Assembly: GCA_016935525.1 (NCBI GenBank)
Contig: JAFGQU010000002.1
Location: 34,560 to 98,559, forward strand
From: Candidatus Omnitrophota bacterium
GTDB lineage: Bacteria; Omnitrophota; Gorgyraeia; Duberdicusellales; 4484-171
DNA: 64,000 bases
Direction: 5' to 3'
In this document: in pieces, positions 8,085 to 18,993 of the stretch
How positions within the stretch are numbered: position 1 is the stretch's first letter
Layout: every line of letters starts with the position of its first letter
Program-made: the position numbers and the translations under genes
The notes under the pieces: generated by a model
Told to the model about the DNA's origin: nothing
The model's database searches: none
Seen by the model: the letters and a program-made list of their open reading frames with translations, nothing else

Positions 8085-9326
8085 TTATTGTATTGCGGGA
8101 TGAAGGACCAAAAGCCCTTTTATGAGATCAACGGCACGGACAAGCTGGTAATCTTTTGTATAATCAAATTCTTTTTCTGTCGCTTTATCTTTGATCTTTG
8201 CAAATACATCTTCCTGCTCTTGGCCCGACGGTTCTACTATTTTACTTTCGACGATAATATCCGGTTCAACGCCTTTTTCATGGATACTTTCTCCCGAAGG
8301 AGTGTAATATTTCGCCGTCGTAAACCTTAACGCCGATCCATCGGAAAGAGGCACTACGCTTTGCACGGAAGCTTTTCCAAAACTCTTCTCCCCGACCAGG
8401 ACTGCCCGTTTATTATCTTTAAGGGCGGCAGCGACGATCTCGCTTCCCGATGCGCTCCCCTTATTGATCAACACTACCATCGGCACGTCCAGATATTTAC
8501 GGGCATAAGGGACCGATTTATATACTAATTCTTCTTCTTTACGCGATTTAGTAGAAACGATCACCTCACCGGTCCCCAGGAACCTACTGGCAACATCGAC
8601 TGCCGAAAGAAGTAATCCTCCGGGATTATTCCGTAAATCAAGGATTATCGCCTTCATCTTTTCATCGGCAAGGTTTTTAAGGGCGGTATCCAGGTCACGG
8701 GCAGTTTTTTCCCGAAATTCCGTCAATTTAATATACCCGATTCCTCCGGCGATGAGGACCGATTCCCGGATATCCTTGATTTTAATAATATCACGTACGA
8801 TCGTAATATTTTCAACCCGCCGGTCGGATTCGCGGAATACCGTTACCGTCACTTCTTCACCTGGCTCGCCACGCAATTTTTTCACCGCTTCGTTTAAGGT
8901 GATCCCTTTAGTCACCGCGCCGTCGATTTTAATAATGACATCCCCGGGTTTTAACCCGGCTTTCTCGGCCGGGGTCCCCTCAATGGGCGAAACAATGGTC
9001 AACAGGCCGTCGATCATGGTTATTTCTATGCCTAACCCTCCGAATTTACCTTCGGTTTCCACCAGAAGTTCACGGTAATCTTCCGGTTTTAAAAACTGGC
9101 TATATGAATCCAGAGAGCTTGCCATCCCCGAAAGAGCGCCATAGATCAGGTCTTTGAATTCTTTTTCTTCGACATATTTCTTCTGGATCATCGAAAGGGT
9201 CTCTCCAAAAAGATCAAGCTCCTCATAAGAGGAATCGTTATCGCTACGGTTGAGCGTAAACCCTACCAGGTATGAAGACCCGCAAAGTAAAACGATTAAT
9301 GCGACCAGAACCCATTTCTTTTTCAT
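8085..9326 (-). CDS. ctpA: C-terminal processing protease, S41 family (PDZ)
   Basis: Signal peptide, FGGLGI PDZ, ILDLRNNPGG, SASGSEI, FGKASVQ, TTAKYYTPSG. Confidence 0.92.
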   Translation of the reverse strand: MKKKWVLVALIVLLCGSSYLVGFTLNRSDNDSSYEELDLFGETLSMIQKKYVEEKEFKDLIYGALSGMASSLDSYSQFLKPEDYRELLVETEGKFGGLGIEITMIDGLLTIVSPIEGTPAEKAGLKPGDVIIKIDGAVTKGITLNEAVKKLRGEPGEEVTVTVFRESDRRVENITIVRDIIKIKDIRESVLIAGGIGYIKLTEFREKTARDLDTALKNLADEKMKAIILDLRNNPGGLLLSAVDVASRFLGTGEVIVSTKSRKEEELVYKSVPYARKYLDVPMVVLINKGSASGSEIVAAALKDNKRAVLVGEKSFGKASVQSVVPLSDGSALRFTTAKYYTPSGESIHEKGVEPDIIVESKIVEPSGQEQEDVFAKIKDKATEKEFDYTKDYQLVRAVDLIKGLLVLHPAIQ

Positions 9327-9341
9327 GAGATCCTCCTTCAT

Positions 9342-10763
9342 TTATTGCTGAATTTTTTTCTCGATCATTTCCCGCACTATCTTAGGATTCGCTTTCCCTT
9401 TTGTTTTTTTCATAACCGATCCGACAAGAAACATGAGCGCTTGAGACTTCCCTTTACGATAATCTTCAACGCTCTTAGGATGTTCCGCGACCGCATCGCT
9501 CACATATCCGTCGAGTTCCGATTCATCGGAAACCTGAATAAGACTTTTCTCTTGTATTATCTTATCGATATCTACGCCTGTGGTCAATGCTTCCGTTAAG
9601 ACTTTCTTTGCGGTAATATTATTTAATGTACCTTCGGAAAAATACCTCACTAATTTCGCAAATTCCCCCGGGCTCATCTTGATCTTGCTGAAACCCTCCG
9701 GAAAAGCATTGGTTATTTCAAGTAAAGGGCCGATGATCCAATTCGCTATCTGTTTAAAATGAGGAAAATGCACACTACTCTGTTCGAAAAAGTCGGCTGA
9801 CCACCTGTGGGAAATAAGCACTTCTACGTCTTTTTCCGATAAACCATATTCATCGATAAATCGTTTCGTCCGCGCCAGCGGTAATTCGGGGACGTATTGT
9901 CTTTGTTCCGTGATCATCGATGCGGTCACGCTGAAACTCACCAAATCCGGCTCGGGAAAATAGCGATAATCGTGCGCCTCTTCTTTCGTGCGCATCGTCA
10001 CGGTTTTGCCTTTGACCTCGTCCCAAAGCCGGGTCTCCTGGCTCAAGGTTTTCCCATCAAGAAGAAGATTACGCTGCCTTTTTTCTTCAAAGACGAGGGC
10101 GTCCTTGACGCCTTTAAAACTATTCATATTTTTAAGTTCGATCTTTGTCCCTAATTGCGTAGCCCCTTCTTCCCGTAAAGAAATATTGGCATCACAACGC
10201 AGGTACCCTTTTTCCATATCGCAACTCGATACTTCTATATATTGAATGATCAGTTTAAGCATCTGGAGATATTCCCAGGCTTCCTGAGGGCTGTTCATAT
10301 CCGGGTAAGAAACGATTTCAAGCAACGGAGTACCGGTCCGATTAAAATCGACCAGGGAACAATCCTCACGATGGATAAGTTTACCGGCGTCTTCTTCAAG
10401 ATGCACCCGGGTAATCCCGATCTTTTTACCGCCGGAAAGTTCGAGGTGCCCGTTTTCCCCAAGCGGCAAGGCATACTGGGAGATCTGATAGTTTTTCGGA
10501 AGATCGGGATAAAAGTAGTTTTTTCGTTCAAAATATATTTTCTCGTTTATCGTACAATGTAATGCCAGGCTTGTCCGTACTGCCAATTCTAACGCTCGCT
10601 TATTAAATACCGGTAATACCCCGGGATACCCGCAACAGACCGGGCAGATGTGAGTGTTCGCCGGAGCATTGAATTCGGTAGGACAAGGGCAAAAAATCTT
10701 CGAATTCGTGTTCGGCTGAACGTGGACTTCAAGACCAATGACAGTTTCGAATGATTTAGCCAT
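9342..10763 (-). CDS. gatB: Asp/Glu-tRNA amidotransferase subunit B
   Basis: IGLEVH, RKNYFYPDLPK, HLEEDAGK, DYRYFPEPDL. Confidence 0.97.
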   Translation of the reverse strand: MAKSFETVIGLEVHVQPNTNSKIFCPCPTEFNAPANTHICPVCCGYPGVLPVFNKRALELAVRTSLALHCTINEKIYFERKNYFYPDLPKNYQISQYALPLGENGHLELSGGKKIGITRVHLEEDAGKLIHREDCSLVDFNRTGTPLLEIVSYPDMNSPQEAWEYLQMLKLIIQYIEVSSCDMEKGYLRCDANISLREEGATQLGTKIELKNMNSFKGVKDALVFEEKRQRNLLLDGKTLSQETRLWDEVKGKTVTMRTKEEAHDYRYFPEPDLVSFSVTASMITEQRQYVPELPLARTKRFIDEYGLSEKDVEVLISHRWSADFFEQSSVHFPHFKQIANWIIGPLLEITNAFPEGFSKIKMSPGEFAKLVRYFSEGTLNNITAKKVLTEALTTGVDIDKIIQEKSLIQVSDESELDGYVSDAVAEHPKSVEDYRKGKSQALMFLVGSVMKKTKGKANPKIVREMIEKKIQQ

Positions 10764-12180
10764 GGGTGACCAAAGGGATCCGGGCATGAAAATCAGTAAC
10801 GGTCTGATACGTATACCCCATCCGTATCAAAATCTCTTCATCAAAAGGTCTACCGATAAACTGAGCCCCTATCGGCAGACTGCCTTTAGAAAAACCGCAG
10901 GGGAACGATACCGCCGGAAGCCCCGCAAGATTAGCGGAAATCGTATAAATATCGGAAAGATACATACTGAGCGGGTCTTCGGCCTTCTCGCCTATCTTAA
11001 AGGCGCAGGTAGGAGCAGTAGGAGTCAAAATGACATCCACCTGTTTAAATGCCTCTTCAAAATCACGTTTAATAAGCGTCCTCACTTTTAACGCCCGTAC
11101 ATAATACGCGTCATAATATCCGCTTGACAGGCTATATGTTCCTAGAAAAATACGGCGTTTTGATTCGGGGCCGAACCCTTCCCCGCGGGTTTTTTTATAC
11201 ATATCGAGTAGCTCGGAAGATTTTACCCGCAGGCCGTATTTTACCCCGTCGAATCTCTGAAGATTTGAGCTTGCTTCCGAACATCCTACGATATAATAGG
11301 TAGCAACGGCATATTCGGTATGCGGCAGTGATATATTCGTTATCTGCGCCCCTCTTCCTTTTAATACCGCGGCGACCTCACCGATCGCTTTGGCAATATC
11401 GCTGTTAAGCCCTTGACGAAAATACTCCTGAGGTAATCCGACCTTTAATCCTTCTACATTATCGATCAGACTCTTCGAGAAATCGGCCACGTCTACCTGG
11501 GCGCTCGTAGAATCATACGGATCATGTCCGCAGATAACATTGAGTAGATACGCACAATCGACAAAATTCGTGGTAAGCGGGCCGATCTGATCGAGACTCG
11601 ACCCGAACGCGATCAAGCCATAACGGGAAACCCGGCCGTACGTCGGTTTAAACCCGACCACACCGCAGAACGATGCCGGCTGGCGGATCGATCCCCCGGT
11701 ATCCGAACCTAATGCCCAGGGAATAAGCCGGGCAGCGACTGCCGCCGCCGAGCCTCCGCTGGAACCTCCGGGAACACGGGTGATGTCCCAGGGATTACGG
11801 GTCGGACCATAACAGGAATTCTCGGTCGATGAACCAAACGCAAATTCATCCATATTCATCGTCCCCATGATCAAAAACCCGGCCTGTTTAAGCTTACCGA
11901 TGACGGTGGCGTCATACACCGCCCTGTGCCCGTTCAAAATCCGGGAAGCACAGGTGATCTCTTCATCTTTAATACAAATATTATCTTTTATTCCGATAGG
12001 GATACCCAGGCCGGTATCGGCCGGGGAAAGGTGAGTAAACACTTTTACAAAACTATGGATGTACGGATCAAGATCAGTTATCCGTTTATTGAAAAACCCG
12101 CGGACGTCTTCCTTGGTTATTTGATTCTGGGAAAGTTTTTGGACAATATCAACGGCTTTAAGAGAGGAAAGATCGTTCAT
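10756..12180 (-). CDS. gatA: Asp/Glu-tRNA amidotransferase subunit A
   Basis: [42 protein letters not shown]. Confidence 0.97.
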   Translation of the reverse strand: MNDLSSLKAVDIVQKLSQNQITKEDVRGFFNKRITDLDPYIHSFVKVFTHLSPADTGLGIPIGIKDNICIKDEEITCASRILNGHRAVYDATVIGKLKQAGFLIMGTMNMDEFAFGSSTENSCYGPTRNPWDITRVPGGSSGGSAAAVAARLIPWALGSDTGGSIRQPASFCGVVGFKPTYGRVSRYGLIAFGSSLDQIGPLTTNFVDCAYLLNVICGHDPYDSTSAQVDVADFSKSLIDNVEGLKVGLPQEYFRQGLNSDIAKAIGEVAAVLKGRGAQITNISLPHTEYAVATYYIVGCSEASSNLQRFDGVKYGLRVKSSELLDMYKKTRGEGFGPESKRRIFLGTYSLSSGYYDAYYVRALKVRTLIKRDFEEAFKQVDVILTPTAPTCAFKIGEKAEDPLSMYLSDIYTISANLAGLPAVSFPCGFSKGSLPIGAQFIGRPFDEEILIRMGYTYQTVTDFHARIPLVTHG

Positions 12181-12461
12181 CCGATTACCTTAGGGATTCT
12201 AAAATGGTTGTCGGTGACGGCCGGCGCATTTTTCAGGATATCTTCGGCTCTTTCCGAGTTTTTTGCGATATCTTCCCGGAACACATTTTCGCGCAAAAAC
12301 GGCTCTTTTGTAGGTTCGATCCCTTCGACCGACAGGACGTTTAGTTGATCGATATATTCTAAAATACGAGAAAGTTGAGGCCGCAGGGCTTCTTTTTCCG
12401 GCTCAGTCACCTCAATACGGGCTAGACGAGCGATATATTCGACTATGTGAAGATCGATCAT
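12177..12461 (-). CDS. gatC: Asp/Glu-tRNA amidotransferase subunit C
   Basis: IARLARI, NVFRED, NAP...FRIPKVI; directly upstream of gatA. Confidence 0.95.
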   Translation of the reverse strand: MIDLHIVEYIARLARIEVTEPEKEALRPQLSRILEYIDQLNVLSVEGIEPTKEPFLRENVFREDIAKNSERAEDILKNAPAVTDNHFRIPKVIG

Positions 12462-12540
12462 AAGAAACTCCTCTTAGACCAGGTATAATTGATCAAGAAC
12501 ACCTATTATAATTCAATAAAAGGCATTTTCAAAGGTAATA

Positions 12541-14073
12541 TTACGAGTGCCGATATTTCCCTTTAAAAAGCGTAAGTTCCAAAAATGCCTGGAGGCGGCG
12601 GGACCGGCTGGGATGTCGTAATTTTTTAAGGGCTTTAGCCTCGATCTGGCGAATACGTTCACGGGTCACTTTAAAAATATTACCCACTTCTTCTAACGTC
12701 TTGGGAGTCCCGTCTTCGAGGCCGAACCGCAGGCTGAGGATCTTTTTTTCGCGATCGGTAAGGCTTTCCATTGCCTGATCAAGCTCTTCGCGTAACATCG
12801 AATAGACCGTGGCGTTTGCCGGTGAAATCGCTTTTTTATCTTCGATAAAATCACCAAAATAGGTATCTCCGTCATCGCCGATAGGAGTATGGATAGAGAT
12901 CGGCTGTTGTGATACCTTGAGAATATCTTTCACTTTGACAATAGGCATCTTTAATTCTTTGGCCAGCTCTTCCGGGGTAGGTTCCCGCCCTTTCTCCTGA
13001 ATAAACAAACGGGAAATACGGATGATCTTATTGATCGTCTCGGTCATATGTACCGGGATACGAATAGTCCGGGCCTGATCGGCGATGGCCCGGGTAATCG
13101 CCTGACGGATCCACCAGGTCGCATAGGTAGAAAATTTATATCCCCGTTTATATTCGAATTTTTCAACGGCCTTGATCAACCCGATATTCCCTTCCTGAAT
13201 AAGGTCAAGAAACGAAAGGCCGCGATTTACATATTTTTTCGCAATACTTACCACCAGACGCAAGTTCGCCTCCACCAGAGACTTTTTTGCCTGATTATAA
13301 TGGGTCTGTTTTTCCAGGATACCTCTCATCCGCTTTTTGGATTCTTCGACATTTGCCGCGATCTTTTTGATCAATTTACCCTGGCTGCGTTTTAATTCCC
13401 GGCGTTTTTTAGGCGACCGGGTCTTTTTGATATGCCGTTCAGCCCGGTCGATTTCCCGGACCATCTGCCGCATCCGGCTGACAATCACTTCGATAAGGCC
13501 TATGGTAAAATTAAATTTCTTCAAAACTGCTTTCTGAGAATCGACACGTTTTATCCGGGAAAGTTTATTGTAAAGACCACGGATCCTTTTTATCTCCCGG
13601 TCCTTATTCTTGATCTCACCCTTTACGAAATCATCCGGATTAAGTTCACCGTCGATCAATTTACGGCTGATATCGATATAGGCCTCTTTCGCGACAAAAG
13701 TGGCATAGATCATCTCCCGTAACGCGTCTTCCCGTTCTTCTATCGCCCGGGCCAGATTGATCTCTTCTTCACGGGAAAGCAAAGGGATCTGTCCCATCTG
13801 TTTTAAATACATCTTCACCGGATCGTCGATCGGCATGCTCTCCTGAGTAACCACGCGTTTTTCTTTCTCTTTTTCCCACTCTTCGACCTCTTTAGTCTCC
13901 AAGATACTTATCTTTTCCTTGTCTAACCGGTCGAAAATAGCGTCCAGTTCTTCGGCATTGATAATATCTTCGGCAAGAAAATGATTGATCTCGTCATACG
14001 TCAGATACCCTTTTTTCTTCCCTAAGTCGATAAGCTGTCCGACGTTACGATTCAATAGTTTTTGTTTCACCAT
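12541..14073 (-). CDS. rpoD: Primary sigma factor sigma70
   Basis: Region 1.1, [44 protein letters not shown]; follows dnaG. Confidence 0.97.
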   Translation of the reverse strand: MVKQKLLNRNVGQLIDLGKKKGYLTYDEINHFLAEDIINAEELDAIFDRLDKEKISILETKEVEEWEKEKEKRVVTQESMPIDDPVKMYLKQMGQIPLLSREEEINLARAIEEREDALREMIYATFVAKEAYIDISRKLIDGELNPDDFVKGEIKNKDREIKRIRGLYNKLSRIKRVDSQKAVLKKFNFTIGLIEVIVSRMRQMVREIDRAERHIKKTRSPKKRRELKRSQGKLIKKIAANVEESKKRMRGILEKQTHYNQAKKSLVEANLRLVVSIAKKYVNRGLSFLDLIQEGNIGLIKAVEKFEYKRGYKFSTYATWWIRQAITRAIADQARTIRIPVHMTETINKIIRISRLFIQEKGREPTPEELAKELKMPIVKVKDILKVSQQPISIHTPIGDDGDTYFGDFIEDKKAISPANATVYSMLREELDQAMESLTDREKKILSLRFGLEDGTPKTLEEVGNIFKVTRERIRQIEAKALKKLRHPSRSRRLQAFLELTLFKGKYRHS

Positions 14074-15814
14074 AATGTTCTACCTCTCCATGCATCTTCT
14101 TTTTCATTAATTCCCTTAGAATTTCTTCGTCCCTTTTTAGTTCGGCTTCGCTGATCTTTTGCGTGAGAAACGCATTGAGCATCTTATGTCTTTTGCCCTT
14201 CAATTTCTCGACACAACTATTCAAAAGTTCCTCGGTAAGCGGCGGGCCTTCTTCAAGAAGAAGCCCCGAGAGGAACCGAGCGATCTCATGGTCATGGATC
14301 GTCCCGGAAATCTGAGCGCTCACGGGAAGATCATTTTTTAAAATATCGGAAAAAATACAGCCGACAGCTTTTTTCGTCAAAGGGTGCGTAAAGTATTCTT
14401 CGTTCAAACTGTCCCGGATAGCGAACGCGGCATCTTTATCGTTCAGCATGAATTTGATTATCATCTTTTCCGTCAAAGGGATCGGGCTTGTGAGCATGCT
14501 TTTTGCGATCTGTTTTTTTCCCCAGGCCGGTTTATGCATCTTACCGAGTTCAAGCAGCAATACTTCTTCTTTAGTCTTAAGTAAAGAAGCTAACCGCTTG
14601 ATATATTCGGACCGCTCGACCTGGCCGGAGATCTTATCTATGGTAAGCAACATCTTTACGGCAAATTCGCTCTTGCCGTTTATAGTCTTAAGGTCATGAG
14701 TCCTCATAAGCGCTTTACTTTTATAATCAAAAAAATCCGTTTTTTGAGAAAGTATTTTCTGAAAACCGTCGGCCCCTTGAGCCCGGACCAGAGAATCCGG
14801 GTCGAACCCTTTAGGCAATTCGACAATTTTTACATTCACGCCATTCTCTAAAAATATATCGAGCGCGCGTAACGCCGCCATCTGCCCGGCATTATCCGAA
14901 TCAAAAACCAACGTGATACTTTGAGTATAGCGCTTGAGAAGACGGATCTGTTCTTCAGTCAACGCCGTACCGAGAGAAGCCACCACGTTTTCTATCCCGG
15001 CCGCATAAGGAGTGATCATATCGAGATACCCTTCGACCACGATCACCTCATCCGCCCGCGTAATCGCTTCCTTGGCATAGGTCAGACCATAGAGATGCTC
15101 GCGTTTACGATAAAGGATATTTTCCAAAGAATTTATATATTTAGGAGCGTGTTCTGTCTCTTTAAGTATTCTCCCTCCGAAGGCGACGATCCTCCCCCGG
15201 GAATCCGCGATCGGAAACATGATCCGGCCACGAAACATATCACTATATCCCTGGTCTCGGCGCGGAGTGATCAAAGACGCTTTCTCAAGCAGCTCCAGAC
15301 TATATCCTTTGTAGCGCATATGCCCGATAAGGGCATCCCCGCCAAAAGGCGCATAGCCTATTTTGAACTTTTTCACTATCTCGGCGTTCAGCCCCCGGCC
15401 GGATAAGTATTTCTGGATATGGGCAGCCTCATTGGCCGAATACAGCATTGAGCAAAAGAATTCGGCCGCTACATCTACTACTTCATAGAGAGAAGTCTTT
15501 ATGTGTTCCTGAGGCGTTTTTTTCTGATAAGGAATATCTATACCCAGACGTTTCGCCAGGATCTCTACGGCTTCGACAAAAGGGACTTTTTCATAGAGCA
15601 TGACAAACTGGATTGCTCCCCCGCCTTCACCGCACCCAAAACAATGAAATATCTGTTTCTGAGCGCTTACGATAAACGAAGGAGTCTTCTCGCCATGGAA
15701 CGGACAGAGAGCTTTGAAATTCCTTCCGGTCTTTTTAAGCGGGATATAATTACCGATAAGTTCGGCAATATCTGTCCGGGACTGTATTTCTTCAATAAAT
15801 CGCTGGGGGATCAT
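14045..15814 (-). CDS. dnaG: DNA primase
   Basis: CPFH...CFGC zinc finger, PKYINS, VEGYLD, FDSDNAG, DPD Toprim. Confidence 0.97.
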   Translation of the reverse strand: MIPQRFIEEIQSRTDIAELIGNYIPLKKTGRNFKALCPFHGEKTPSFIVSAQKQIFHCFGCGEGGGAIQFVMLYEKVPFVEAVEILAKRLGIDIPYQKKTPQEHIKTSLYEVVDVAAEFFCSMLYSANEAAHIQKYLSGRGLNAEIVKKFKIGYAPFGGDALIGHMRYKGYSLELLEKASLITPRRDQGYSDMFRGRIMFPIADSRGRIVAFGGRILKETEHAPKYINSLENILYRKREHLYGLTYAKEAITRADEVIVVEGYLDMITPYAAGIENVVASLGTALTEEQIRLLKRYTQSITLVFDSDNAGQMAALRALDIFLENGVNVKIVELPKGFDPDSLVRAQGADGFQKILSQKTDFFDYKSKALMRTHDLKTINGKSEFAVKMLLTIDKISGQVERSEYIKRLASLLKTKEEVLLLELGKMHKPAWGKKQIAKSMLTSPIPLTEKMIIKFMLNDKDAAFAIRDSLNEEYFTHPLTKKAVGCIFSDILKNDLPVSAQISGTIHDHEIARFLSGLLLEEGPPLTEELLNSCVEKLKGKRHKMLNAFLTQKISEAELKRDEEILRELMKKKMHGEVEHYGETKTIES

Positions 15815-16770
15815 CGTTTCCTTGCAACCCTTGTAAATCCGGAGAACTCATGGATAGTAACCTTATCTTTGCGCAGGAGATGGTCAAGCATCAGATTCAC
15901 TCCGACATTATCGGAAGCGATGTGGGATGCGACCACGACATTTATATTCGCTTTTTTACATCTCTGGTAATGGTCTTCAGATTGATGCATCGCGACGATC
16001 GTATCGACTCCTTGCGCGGAAAGTTTATCATAAATATCCTGAGGCCCTTCGGTTCCTCCGGTAAACTCAAAATGGATCTTAGCCACCCGGGAATTCCTGC
16101 TCCCGATAAAGATCTTAGGAGGATTATTGATCTTAGCTGCATACTGATATTCGGGTATATCGAAAAGGATAGCCAGGACATCGGCGATCGTCTTGGGCTT
16201 TTTCTGTTTCATCGTCGTATTCATGTATTGATACGCAAGGTTATCACATACGGTGTGCATACAGAGAAAATTAATATCCAACAGGCGGGCGATATCTATC
16301 GTACGCTGATGATTTGCCGCCGAGACCCTTCGTTCGACCTGACTACGACGTTCGGCGAGAAGATTTTGGGCTGCCGCGAGGTTCATTCCGGTCTGGGCAA
16401 ACACGTCGATCTGTACGTCCATCGTTTCGTAAAAATTCGCAAACGCGTGCCCCTCGGGATGATGAGCCAGAGCCAGGTCGATCTTAGTCCCGCTTTTTCT
16501 TAAAGAATCTATCAATAACAACTCCGGCCCTTCGATGTCGATCCCTACTATCGCAGATTTGATTTCGGCATTCTGGTCTCCCCAGAGGATCCGGGTATCA
16601 CTATAGGGATTAGTCAGGCTCTCAACATCAAAGAATCTCTTTTCTTTAGGATCCAGCTTATTGAACGCGGCTTTCCTTTCTTTTAAGATATAGTCTATCT
16701 CTTTAAGAGAACGGGGGTCGTTTTCTTTGCCCTTTTTAACCGCTTCGTCATATATTTTTCTTAACTTCAT
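15811..16770 (-). CDS. NIF3/NGG1p-interacting-like metal-binding protein
   Basis: NPYSDTR, GIDI, AHHPEG, HTVCDN, GGTEG, HIASDNVG. Confidence 0.8.
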   Translation of the reverse strand: MKLRKIYDEAVKKGKENDPRSLKEIDYILKERKAAFNKLDPKEKRFFDVESLTNPYSDTRILWGDQNAEIKSAIVGIDIEGPELLLIDSLRKSGTKIDLALAHHPEGHAFANFYETMDVQIDVFAQTGMNLAAAQNLLAERRSQVERRVSAANHQRTIDIARLLDINFLCMHTVCDNLAYQYMNTTMKQKKPKTIADVLAILFDIPEYQYAAKINNPPKIFIGSRNSRVAKIHFEFTGGTEGPQDIYDKLSAQGVDTIVAMHQSEDHYQRCKKANINVVVASHIASDNVGVNLMLDHLLRKDKVTIHEFSGFTRVARKR

Positions 16771-17314
16771 AATATTCTCCTACCTCCTTGTTTATTCTCA
16801 TTTTAGGCATCCGGGCCTGTAGCGCCCTGACAGTACCCAGATATAATTGAGGAGTGATCCTCCCTATATTTTGAACGACGATACTTCCTTTACAAGCACC
16901 GTTATCGCAAAACGCGCCTAACGAAACTAAAAAGCCGATTAAGCTTACCACTATTATTCCCCGCGCAACCGCTACGGGGATACTCAGCCATCGTTCAGCT
17001 TGAGAGACTTCTTCTTTTTTTATAAGCATATGGATAATACGCCGGATGAAATAAAAAAGCACATATGCGAAAAAGAAGATCCCTAAGAAAGAAATCACAT
17101 CGGCACACTCTTTTTTAATCCGGAAGAAATCGATCTGTACATTCCTAAGCAACATCGGATAAAAATGGAATGCAAAAAAAGATGCGACACCTACCGCGAT
17201 TACTTTAAGGATTTCGCACAAAAAACCGTTTTTAACCGCGATGTACAGTATGCGTAAAAGGATAAAAAGAGAGAGAAACTCTAACCACGTGAGATTTTTT
17301 GTGATATTCATCAA
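16748..17314 (-). CDS. CvpA (colicin V production) family membrane protein
   Basis: Four TM helices, KNGFLCE (GF.E) motif, ERWLS.PVAVARG. Confidence 0.7.
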   Translation of the reverse strand: MMNITKNLTWLEFLSLFILLRILYIAVKNGFLCEILKVIAVGVASFFAFHFYPMLLRNVQIDFFRIKKECADVISFLGIFFFAYVLFYFIRRIIHMLIKKEEVSQAERWLSIPVAVARGIIVVSLIGFLVSLGAFCDNGACKGSIVVQNIGRITPQLYLGTVRALQARMPKMRINKEVGEYYEVKKNI

Positions 17315-17644
17315 TGGCGGCCTATTATAAAATTACTTAGTATATAACATATATAACCCTAAATGTCAAGAAAGCGCTTACAGTTTTTCAGCTTGATTTT
17401 TCAAGCGATTTTTGCGGGAAAGTCCATTGAAAAAACAATACCTCGCAATGCCGGCTGTTGTTTGCGACCGGTGCCACGTTCGCGTCACGCCCTTAAAGAT
17501 TATAGGTTACCGTTATCAAAAGGACAAGGCTTTAAAAATCAGCCATTACCTCACACGGAGGCGGCTCCATTATTTTTTTAATACGCGCCGGCGGCGGCCG
17601 GAGTGAGGCTCTCCTTCATAAATAATTGACTTTTCTTAAGATAT

Positions 17645-18832
17645 ATGTTAATACAAGTGGTATATCTTATGGAGAACCAGGATAATATCCACAAGCTGGA
17701 ACATGAGCTGGAGAAAGCCAGGTCTCAATTCTACATATTTTATGAGCTTACTCAAGCCATGCGGACGACGTTACGTCTGGAAGAAATTGCCTATATCATC
17801 CTCACCGGTCTTACGGCCCATCACGGATTAGGATTCAACCGGGCGGTCCTCTTTCTGGTTGATGAACGAAAAGAGAATATCAACGGGTTCATGGGAATCG
17901 GCCCCATGGATACTTCCGAAGCAAATCCGATCTGGAAAGCGATTGAAAAAAATAAAATGGACCTCTATTCGCTTATCCAAAACTATCATAGTATCAAAAA
18001 AGACCCGCAAAAGCCGAAATTCATCGAATTCGTCCAGACCTTACAGTTTCCGCTGACGGCCGAATCGGGGATCATGTATGAGACCATTCATGAAGTGGCC
18101 CCTTTACATATCGATATTACGTCTGAAGCCGGCAAGAAATACGCATACGACCCGATAGTGACTAAATTATCCCTTAAAGAATTCGTGATCGCTCCGCTCT
18201 GGTCCAGCGGGAATCCTCTGGGAATAATCCTTGTCGATAATTGTGTCACCCAGAAAAGCATTACCGAAGAAAACCGGAAAATATTAGCGATGTTCATCAA
18301 CCAAGCCGCCGGCGCGATCGAAAACTCAAAGATATTCGAGAACACATTATTTAAGGCTCACACCGATTCACTCACTAATCTCTGGAATTACGGTTATTTT
18401 CAATATAAACTCGATGAAGAACTGATGCGGGCAAAAAATAATGGAGCTAAGATCTCGGTCGTCATGGTCGATATTGACGACTTTAAAAAGTTCAATGATG
18501 CCTACGGCCATCAAAACGGCGATGATGCGTTAAAGTTGTTGGCAAAATTACTTAAAGAAAATGCCCGTAAAATCGATGTGATCGCCCGTTACGGCGGAGA
18601 GGAATTCACTCTCATCCTTCCTCATACCAATAGAGAAGAAGCAGTGATCATTGCCGAACGGATCCGTCAGGCGGTAGAATCCAGCGAGATCTGCAACAGC
18701 CGCCTTACCGTGAGCATCGGGATCGCTTCGTTCGATGAAGACGCCAAAGATAAAGAAGAGCTTATCCGTAAAGCCGATATTGCCCTCTATCGCGCCAAAC
18801 GCGAAGGAAAAAATCGGATAATCCTCGCCTAA
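17645..18832 (+). CDS. GAF-domain diguanylate cyclase
   Basis: GAF-like region (GFNRAVLFL...GIILVDN), DSLTNLWN, DIDDFK, RxxD I-site (RKID) and GGEEF. Confidence 0.93.
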   Translation: MLIQVVYLMENQDNIHKLEHELEKARSQFYIFYELTQAMRTTLRLEEIAYIILTGLTAHHGLGFNRAVLFLVDERKENINGFMGIGPMDTSEANPIWKAIEKNKMDLYSLIQNYHSIKKDPQKPKFIEFVQTLQFPLTAESGIMYETIHEVAPLHIDITSEAGKKYAYDPIVTKLSLKEFVIAPLWSSGNPLGIILVDNCVTQKSITEENRKILAMFINQAAGAIENSKIFENTLFKAHTDSLTNLWNYGYFQYKLDEELMRAKNNGAKISVVMVDIDDFKKFNDAYGHQNGDDALKLLAKLLKENARKIDVIARYGGEEFTLILPHTNREEAVIIAERIRQAVESSEICNSRLTVSIGIASFDEDAKDKEELIRKADIALYRAKREGKNRIILA

Positions 18833-18966
18833 TGCACGTAACGCGACACGCGTACTGCGCACACGAGAATTTAGAAAGAAAAATCCTTCCAATATCCATG
18901 GTTAAATTTGTATCTTGTAGTATTGAATTGAACGCGTTACTCATGACGCATGACGCGTTACGAATA
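18832..18966. repeat. Two degenerate heptamer arrays in partly inverted orientation between convergent genes
   Basis: acgcgtt/actcatg/acgcatg/acgcgtt/acgaata at 18932-18966; cgtaacgcg (18837-18845) is the reverse complement of cgcgttacg (18954-18962). Confidence 0.55.
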
Positions 18967-18993
18967 ATACCTTCATGTAGATTATGAGGGTAA

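Noticed and set aside
17363-17606. Short plus-strand ORFs in the cvpA-GGDEF divergent region
   Set aside because: No recognisable motif or SD; most simply divergent promoter DNA
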